From contig JASHRP010000045.1 in the NCBI GenBank assembly GCA_030037375.1, positions 1 to 35,088 on the forward strand: a stretch of DNA of 35,088 nt, written 5' to 3'. Position 1 is the first letter of the stretch. Each line of letters opens with the position of its first letter. The DNA is from Bryobacteraceae bacterium. GTDB taxonomy: Bacteria; Acidobacteriota; Terriglobia; Bryobacterales; Bryobacteraceae. Positions 7,600-13,667 of the stretch are shown here, piece by piece. The notes below the pieces were generated by a model. It saw only the letters and a program-made list of their open reading frames with translations, did not search any database and was not told where the DNA came from. A program made the translations under genes and the position numbers.

Positions 7600-8961
7600 A
7601 TGAACCTGTTCGACGGTTTGCAGCTCCTTGAGCAGATCAAGGACGGTGAAGTCAAGAGTTATCTGGCAGCCGATCCTCCTCGAGGCCGCAACTTGCTGGT
7701 TCACTGGATCTCCGTGGACGCGGGCTCGGAGGTTCGCGAGCTGCTCGAGTTGGTGGACGGGCTTCCATCGGCGGGCCGATTCCTGATTCTGGAAGCGGGA
7801 ATTCGGGACGGCCGCATTTACCTGATCACCGAGAACCCTCCGCAATTTCCAGGCTTGAAAGAATGGTTGCTCTCAGCCGGACGCTCGTTGGCGGCCGCTG
7901 GCCAAGCACAGGTTCCGGAGCGAACCGCAGAGATGCCCATTCCCGAAACGGCCGGGGCGCAGCCCGAGCAGTCCGCTCCTGTGCCCGTCGCGGCGGGTGT
8001 TCCGGTAACAACGTCTGTGGCGCCGGTGAACGCGCCCCCGGCTTCGAGCCCTGCTCCCGCTCCGGGAGAGTTTACTCGACTGTTCGAAGCGCCAACGTTT
8101 CCCGCAGCCCAGCTTCCCGTTGTGACGCCGGTTGTGCCACCGCCTGCTGCTCCACCTGCTACTTTTCAACCCCCGCCTGTACAAGCTCCGACGGCGCCAC
8201 CTCCGGTATCGCAACCCGCATCCGCGCAGCCGGGCGAATTTACGCGACTGTTCGCGAGGCCGGAAGCACCACCGGCGCCGCCTCCGTTGGTGCAGCCCGT
8301 TCAGTCGCCGCAGCCCGTGCCGTCATCGCAGCCGCCGGGCGAGTTCACGCGCGTGTTTCAGGCGGGATCGCTCCAAGCCTTGGGCGCTCAGGGTTTGGGC
8401 CCGCAAGCTCCAGCTACGCCCACCGTACCCGTGCCCAAGCCGGCGCCTCCCAAAACCGAACCTGGCGAGTTCACGCAGTTCTTCCAGAGCCCTGGCCAGC
8501 CGAAAGCTCCCGCTCCCCCGGCATCCATCCCTGGCAAGCCGGCAGACCACGACTTTACGAAGTTCTTGCAATCGCCCCTGGCAACGCCGACGCCGTCAAC
8601 CGCAAACGACGATTACTTCTCGAAGCCCGAAGTGAAAGCGCCCGCGGGACAGGGTGCAGGCGAATTCACGCAAATTTTTGGAAGACCCGGCGGTCCGCCT
8701 GAGGCCCCGCAGTCAAGGGAAGCTACCGGCGTTTTCAGCAAGCCGCCCGCGGCGCAACTGGGCCAGGGCCCCAGCGAGTTCACTCGAATCCTAGGTCCGC
8801 AATCCGTGCCTGCGGCCCCCGAACCCGCGCCCGCGCCGCCCAAACCAGTTGCGGCGAAGCCCGCCCCGGCGGCTCAGAAGAACCTGTTGCCCTTGATTCT
8901 GATCCTGGCGGTCCTAGCCGTGCTAGCGCTGGTTCTCGTCTTCCTATTCATCCGCAAATAG
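7600..8961 (+). CDS. Tail-anchored Pro-rich protein with seven [G/S/H]-[E/D]-F-T-x-x-[F/L] motifs and a degenerate kinase-N-lobe-like N-terminal domain; function unknown
   Basis: 453 aa. RBS AGGA 7 nt upstream of the ATG. Residues 1-90 resemble Hanks-kinase subdomains I-V but lack the Gly-loop and the beta3 Lys. The C-terminus LLPLILILAVLAVLALVLVFLFIRK is a single TM. G/C-rich third positions support coding. Confidence 0.75.
   Translation: MNLFDGLQLLEQIKDGEVKSYLAADPPRGRNLLVHWISVDAGSEVRELLELVDGLPSAGRFLILEAGIRDGRIYLITENPPQFPGLKEWLLSAGRSLAAAGQAQVPERTAEMPIPETAGAQPEQSAPVPVAAGVPVTTSVAPVNAPPASSPAPAPGEFTRLFEAPTFPAAQLPVVTPVVPPPAAPPATFQPPPVQAPTAPPPVSQPASAQPGEFTRLFARPEAPPAPPPLVQPVQSPQPVPSSQPPGEFTRVFQAGSLQALGAQGLGPQAPATPTVPVPKPAPPKTEPGEFTQFFQSPGQPKAPAPPASIPGKPADHDFTKFLQSPLATPTPSTANDDYFSKPEVKAPAGQGAGEFTQIFGRPGGPPEAPQSREATGVFSKPPAAQLGQGPSEFTRILGPQSVPAAPEPAPAPPKPVAAKPAPAAQKNLLPLILILAVLAVLALVLVFLFIRK
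8065..8793 (+). repeat. Seven dispersed peptide-motif repeats: GEFTRLF (8065, 8233), GEFTRVF (8338), GEFTQFF (8464), HDFTKFL (8548), GEFTQIF (8659), SEFTRIL (8773)
   Basis: Codons read directly at each site, e.g. GGA GAG TTT ACT CGA CTG TTC vs GGC GAA TTT ACG CGA CTG TTC vs GGC GAG TTC ACG CGC GTG TTT. Synonymous differences show the conservation is at peptide level, not recent DNA slippage. Weaker copies are DDYFSKP and TGVFSKP. Confidence 0.8.
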
Positions 8962-8978
8962 GCGCCCGGTATTTAAAC

Positions 8979-10334
8979 TTACTGAGCCTGCGGGAAAAGA
9001 ACGATCAATTCGACCTGCGGATTCGGAAAATCTGCGGGGATATGAGCCGCGAAATTCCGCGCCCGAATGATCGACTCCCACGCACCGCCGGATTGGTTCA
9101 AGCTGAAGTACTGGTAATTCATTTTCACGGGAATTGAGTTCGGCGGCGAGGAAACGTGTGTCAACGGAACGCCTTTGAGCGCCTGGCGCACCAGCAGCTC
9201 GATGTGCGTGGCGGATGCGACCTTCAGCAGCTTCGGAACCTTGTCAATCAACTCCGCTTGCTTCAATTCGGAATTAATCGCCAGATACAAACGGGTGTTG
9301 TTGAGGTATTTATCCTCGGCGAGCGCGGTCGCATAGATCGACGGCTGCACTTGTTTCAAGGCAAGCGACACGAAATTGCTTGGCACCACCGTTTCCAGCA
9401 ACAAGCGGATCTTGGAGTCCAACTCCGAAAAGCAGAAGGACAGATTGTCGTGATCGTACTTAGGCAGATCGCGCGCGTGGACTTCGGTTGAAAACGTAGT
9501 CAGCGGGCCGGCCAGGGAGAGCATGGTGTGGAACACGCGTTCGGGATGGCCTTTAGCCGCCTGGAAGAAGTGATTCAGCAGCGGGAAGCTCGAGTTGATG
9601 GTATACAGCAGCCAAAAGTTGGCGATATCGGATGCCGTGAAATTTGCCAAGGCTTGGTTCTTTTGGCGGCGGTTCCCGGAGAGCTCGCTGATCTTGGCCG
9701 CGAGAATCTCCACCAGGCGGCGGACAATCGACACAAGGTATTCGCTGGCCTGAAAATCCACAAGCGGCGCGACGAAGGTGCGGTCGAGCTGATACGCGCC
9801 GGACTGAGTGCGCTGCACCCGGGCGACGCGCATCGCGGAGGTTCCCTCGCGGACCTCGCTCTTCACCATCAGACGCAGGTTCTTGCGGGCGACTTGGATC
9901 GGTTTCTCCGACTGTCCGGTGTTCTCATCGCGCATCATCGAGACTTCAGCGTGGTAGCGCGTCTCGGCATTGAGCTGAACGCCGGAGACGTTCAACCCAC
10001 GATCGCGATGACGCGGCACGGCCAGGAAAACGTCCACGGTGTCCTGATCCATTTCGTAGCAATCGACCAGCGATTTCGGCGGCGGGCAAGCGTCGGATTC
10101 GGGACAATCGAACAACAGGCCGTCCGCGAACATCCCCGCCGTCCGCGTCAGCGCAAACGTCCCTGAGCCGAGAGCCGCATGATCGATTTCCAAGCGTTGA
10201 AATCCCCACGGACGGAAGTTCAGCGATTCCGTATGGAATTGCAAAGTGTCTTCAATGAACCGGTCCTGGCATTGAAGATGCTGCGGCGTTAGAAACGTGC
10301 CCTTGGCCCAGATGACGGGCTGCAATCGCCTCAT
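8979..10334 (-). CDS. Second, diverged TssK-family baseplate protein (copy 2)
   Basis: ATG at 10332-10334 (MRRLQPVIWAKGTFLTPQHLQCQDRFIED...) with a GAGGGG RBS. 451 aa and colinear with TssK1 from the N-terminal signature to the C-terminus (ADFPNPQVELIVL vs GDIPKPDIQLLAVL). By eye roughly one third to 40 percent identical over the first 90 aa. Confidence 0.85.
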   Translation of the reverse strand: MRRLQPVIWAKGTFLTPQHLQCQDRFIEDTLQFHTESLNFRPWGFQRLEIDHAALGSGTFALTRTAGMFADGLLFDCPESDACPPPKSLVDCYEMDQDTVDVFLAVPRHRDRGLNVSGVQLNAETRYHAEVSMMRDENTGQSEKPIQVARKNLRLMVKSEVREGTSAMRVARVQRTQSGAYQLDRTFVAPLVDFQASEYLVSIVRRLVEILAAKISELSGNRRQKNQALANFTASDIANFWLLYTINSSFPLLNHFFQAAKGHPERVFHTMLSLAGPLTTFSTEVHARDLPKYDHDNLSFCFSELDSKIRLLLETVVPSNFVSLALKQVQPSIYATALAEDKYLNNTRLYLAINSELKQAELIDKVPKLLKVASATHIELLVRQALKGVPLTHVSSPPNSIPVKMNYQYFSLNQSGGAWESIIRARNFAAHIPADFPNPQVELIVLFPQAQ

Positions 10335-10441
10335 ATCCCCTCTACGATATCTCAGGTACGAGCGCCGGCACAGCACTAGCGAGAAGTTCGCGGCACGCCG
10401 AGCGCGCGAAAGGGTAAGCTATTTCAGAGCGAGGTCGGACA
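10335..10441. promoter_or_regulatory. Divergent intergenic region between tssK2 and the TssB-TssC-like fusion gene
   Basis: The genes diverge from this 107-bp gap. Two GGCAC-N-GC sites with sigma54-like spacing are noted under findings. No firm promoter assignment. Confidence 0.35.
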
Positions 10442-11827
10442 ATGCCATCGAATTCCTCTAGTTCCGTTCTATTGGACGTGAACGCCGGCGATCCCGCGGA
10501 TCGCCCGCAGCCCTGGCCGGTGGAAGCCGCTTCGGACGATCCATTCCGTATTCTCATCCTCGGAGATTTCAGCGGGGGCGAAAGCCGTCCGCCGCTCGCT
10601 TCCCGCATCCCGCAAGAAATCGATCGGGACAACTTCGATGAGGTGCTCGCAAGGCTGGGTGTCCAGGTGGCTCTGCGATTCGGCCCGGATGCGGCCGTGC
10701 GGCTGAAGTTTCGGGGGCTTGCCGATTTCGAGCCGGATTCTATCTTCGAGCGTTGCGAACTGTTCCATGGAGCCGCGCCGGCGCAAGCAGGCAGCGAAGC
10801 GCGGCGCCAGTCGACACGGCACGAAGAAATTGAGGAGCGCGGCTCGCTGGAATCCGACGCTGCCCGAATCACGTCGGGGAGCCTTCTCGACGATATCGTG
10901 GCGGGCACGGATGTTACTGGGCGAGCGAAACCGAAAGACGATCTGCAGGCGATCGTGGACCGCTTGGTTGCCCCGCACCTTGACCGGTACTCACCGGAGG
11001 ATCGCTCCAACCGCGACCGCGCGCATTCTGCTGTCATGCGAGCCGTCCTGCACGATCCTCAATTTCAGGCTCTCGAATCCGCATGGCGCGCGCTCGATAT
11101 GGTGGCGCGCGGCCTGGATACGGATGGCGCACTGAGCATTCACATCCTCGACGTGACTAAGGCGGAACTGGATCGCGGTCTGAAGGATCTGGCTCCGCGG
11201 CTGGCCCCGCGGGAGCCCTGGGCGGTAATCGTTTGCAATTTCGTGTTCGATCGCTCGGCAGGCGACGTCGCGTTGCTTAAACGGCTGGGAGACCTCGCGG
11301 TTCGCGCTGGCGCGCCGGTGATCGCCGAGTCGGCGCCCCCAGACGAGGATTCGGAGAGTCCGGAATGGCGCACGCTGCGTGGTTCGCCGGAAGCGCGCTG
11401 GCTGGGCCTCGCGCTTCCTCGGTTTCTGGCCCGCGTGCCCTACGGAAAGGCCACGTACGAAATTGAGAAATTCGCCTTTGAAGAGGTTGAAGGCGCGCCG
11501 GAGCATCGTGATTTTCTGTGGGCGAATCCGGCGTTTGCGTGCGCGTTACTGCTAGGCCGCGCCTTCGAGGAATACGGCTGGAAGTTTCGCCCGGGCGCGG
11601 TCAGGCAGATGAGCGGCTTGCCCTTCTGCGCGTTCGAGGTGAACGGGGAAATGCGGTCACAGCCTTGCGCCGAGATTCTGCTAACCGACCATCAGATCGA
11701 ATACATTCAGGAGCAGGGCTGCATGGCCCTCGCCCCCATGAAAAACAGCGATGTCGCGATGCTGGTGAGATTTCAATCCATAGCCGACCCCGTGACCGCG
11801 CTCGCCGGGCGTTGGAAGATCAGTTGA
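10442..11827 (+). CDS. Single-chain sheath-like protein: TssB-like N-terminal region fused to a TssC-like core, lacking the TssC C-terminal ~125 residues
   Basis: 461 aa. Residues 33-108 (DPFRILILGDFSG, DNFDEVLARLGVQVALRF, LKFRGLADFEPDS) parallel canonical TssB in this window (IPFVMGVLGDLTG, DNFDSVLDSMKPHLAFSV, LNFKSMDDFEPDA). Residues 146-447 parallel canonical TssC (GSLLDDIV/GSLLDEIV; DPQFQALESAWRALD/HPEFQRLEATWRGLQ; LPRFLARVPYGKATYEIEKFAFEE/VPHILMRVPYGKDTRTIEAFNFEE; FLWANPAFA/YLWGNAAYA). The match ends at about TssC residue 370 of 495. Confidence 0.8.
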   Translation: MPSNSSSSVLLDVNAGDPADRPQPWPVEAASDDPFRILILGDFSGGESRPPLASRIPQEIDRDNFDEVLARLGVQVALRFGPDAAVRLKFRGLADFEPDSIFERCELFHGAAPAQAGSEARRQSTRHEEIEERGSLESDAARITSGSLLDDIVAGTDVTGRAKPKDDLQAIVDRLVAPHLDRYSPEDRSNRDRAHSAVMRAVLHDPQFQALESAWRALDMVARGLDTDGALSIHILDVTKAELDRGLKDLAPRLAPREPWAVIVCNFVFDRSAGDVALLKRLGDLAVRAGAPVIAESAPPDEDSESPEWRTLRGSPEARWLGLALPRFLARVPYGKATYEIEKFAFEEVEGAPEHRDFLWANPAFACALLLGRAFEEYGWKFRPGAVRQMSGLPFCAFEVNGEMRSQPCAEILLTDHQIEYIQEQGCMALAPMKNSDVAMLVRFQSIADPVTALAGRWKIS

Positions 11828-13658
11828 TTTCGACGATCGGCGAGCCCTGAATCGAGATACCCGACGGACCTAGCGTGATCGAGTTCGCGCCGCAGGTGAT
11901 CGTGATTTGCTGGTTGGCTGTGATGCTAATCGATCCTGTTACGTTGATCGTCTGATTTTGGCTAACCGTAAGCGTGTCGTTTTGGGTGACGGTCCAACTG
12001 CGATTCTGGCTGACGGTTCCGGTCTCATTCTTCGTTACGCTCTCGGTCCGGTTACCGCTGATGGTGACAGTCTCGTCGTTTTGAACCGTGCGGCTTTGGT
12101 TGTGCTTGACCAGGATGTTAAGGTCCTTCTGAGCTTGCAGGTAGACCTCCTCGTTCGACATCTTGTCTTCGAAGCGCAGTTCGTTGTAGTCGGAGCTTCC
12201 TCCGCCGGGTGAACTGCGGCTCTGGAAGGTGCTGCGCGTTGAATTGGCCGGCAACGCGTAAGGGACCGTTTGCTGCTCGTTATAAACACGCCCCACAATC
12301 AACGGCCGGTCCGGATCGCCTTCCAGGAAATCGACCACGACTTCCTGGCCGATGCGCGGAATCCAGATCCCGCCCCAGCTCTTCCCGGCCCAGGGTTGCG
12401 ACACGCGGATCCAGCATGAACTGTTTTGGTCTTTTTGGCCTATGCGATCCCAAAAGAACTGCACCTTGACCCGTCCGTATTGATCGGTGAAGATCTCTTC
12501 GCCGCTGGGTCCCACGACAACCGCGGTCTGCGTTCCATGCACGATTGCGCGTGGCGTTATTCGCGGAGGACGGTACTGAACCGTCGCCGGAAAACATTCG
12601 AAGCTATTGCTGTAATTGTCTTGTCCCTCAGCCATGCCGCCGAATAAGCTGGCTTGGACCGCCCGATGGCTCACGGAGAGCAAAACGTAAGTAGAGTTCT
12701 GGTCCGTCTGCTCGTGATTCGTCAACGTGAATTTATACCCGGAAGCAAAAGACCGGCATCCGCTCTCTCCTTGCGCCGTATCGTAGCCGGCTTCCTCCTC
12801 TTCCATGCGGAGCTTTGTCAGCGGCTCACCGTCGCCTTTGGTCAAATATTCTCCCGGATAATCGAAGAATTCGTAATTCGTGGCCTGGTCGATGGAGAGA
12901 ACTGTCGTCTCGTTCGCAAGCAGACTGGTTGTCGGCGTCTCGAAGTTGTAATCGGTCTGGGTCCACTTACCGGAGCGGTATTGATAATGGCGCTCCCATG
13001 CGTATACCGAATCTTCGCTGTGGATGCCGCCGCGCGTGAGCTCCATCGGCACGGTGGATTGATAATCGCAGTTCTGCGGCACGGTGGAGCTATCCCCGAT
13101 CACCATCACGTGCTTCCCGTTTGAGTGTTGAAAGAAATAAAACATTCCTTCTTTTTCCATCAAACGGGAGATGAAGTTGAACGCAGTTTCGCGATATTGT
13201 ACGCAATAATCCCACGCGTTATGCGTGCCACTGAGTTTGAATTGGTAATCGTTAAAGCTCAGATTCGAAAAAATCTGCTCCATCACTTGCTGGACCGTCA
13301 TCTGCTGAAAGATGCAGCAGTCGGTGGTGCGTGTGAGAAACCAGGTCCACGGTACGATCCGGAGCTCGTACTCGAAGAATACATGGCGCGGCGGGCGTCT
13401 CGGCAGCTTGGCGAAGTGCGAGACGAACCCATCGAAGTACCGCTGGGTGGAATCGTCGGCTTGCAGAATAGACAGAGTCACCCGCTTACCGACGATGTCC
13501 TGGGCGGAAATCGAGCCATTCTCGGAAGCCAGCTCGACCCGGTATTCGTAGAGGCGCGAAATGCTTTCCGTACCCTCAAACAACCGCGGCACGAGTACGT
13601 CCGGGCCGAGCGGCGTGGTGATTTGGATTAATCGATTCGCTTGTTTAAGGTCCGCCAC
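11820..13658 (-). CDS. vgrG: Type VI secretion spike protein VgrG (TssI), no C-terminal effector extension
   Basis: 612 aa, GTG start at 13656-13658. The N-terminus ITTPLGPDVLVPRLFEGTESISRLYEYRVEL is the VgrG/gp27-like signature. The C-terminal beta-helix repeats (TVTISGNRTESVTKNETGTVSQNRSWTVTQNDTLTVSQNQTINVTG) are gp5-like. Confidence 0.9.
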   Translation of the reverse strand: MADLKQANRLIQITTPLGPDVLVPRLFEGTESISRLYEYRVELASENGSISAQDIVGKRVTLSILQADDSTQRYFDGFVSHFAKLPRRPPRHVFFEYELRIVPWTWFLTRTTDCCIFQQMTVQQVMEQIFSNLSFNDYQFKLSGTHNAWDYCVQYRETAFNFISRLMEKEGMFYFFQHSNGKHVMVIGDSSTVPQNCDYQSTVPMELTRGGIHSEDSVYAWERHYQYRSGKWTQTDYNFETPTTSLLANETTVLSIDQATNYEFFDYPGEYLTKGDGEPLTKLRMEEEEAGYDTAQGESGCRSFASGYKFTLTNHEQTDQNSTYVLLSVSHRAVQASLFGGMAEGQDNYSNSFECFPATVQYRPPRITPRAIVHGTQTAVVVGPSGEEIFTDQYGRVKVQFFWDRIGQKDQNSSCWIRVSQPWAGKSWGGIWIPRIGQEVVVDFLEGDPDRPLIVGRVYNEQQTVPYALPANSTRSTFQSRSSPGGGSSDYNELRFEDKMSNEEVYLQAQKDLNILVKHNQSRTVQNDETVTISGNRTESVTKNETGTVSQNRSWTVTQNDTLTVSQNQTINVTGSISITANQQITITCGANSITLGPSGISIQGSPIVEIN

Positions 13659-13667
13659 GTGAGTGTC

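Noticed and set aside
10335-10376. 14-codon N-terminal extension of TssK2 (MLCRRSYLRYRRGD).
   Set aside because: The conserved TssK N-terminus starts at MRRLQPVIW (ATG 10334), which has a GAGGGG RBS. The extension has none.
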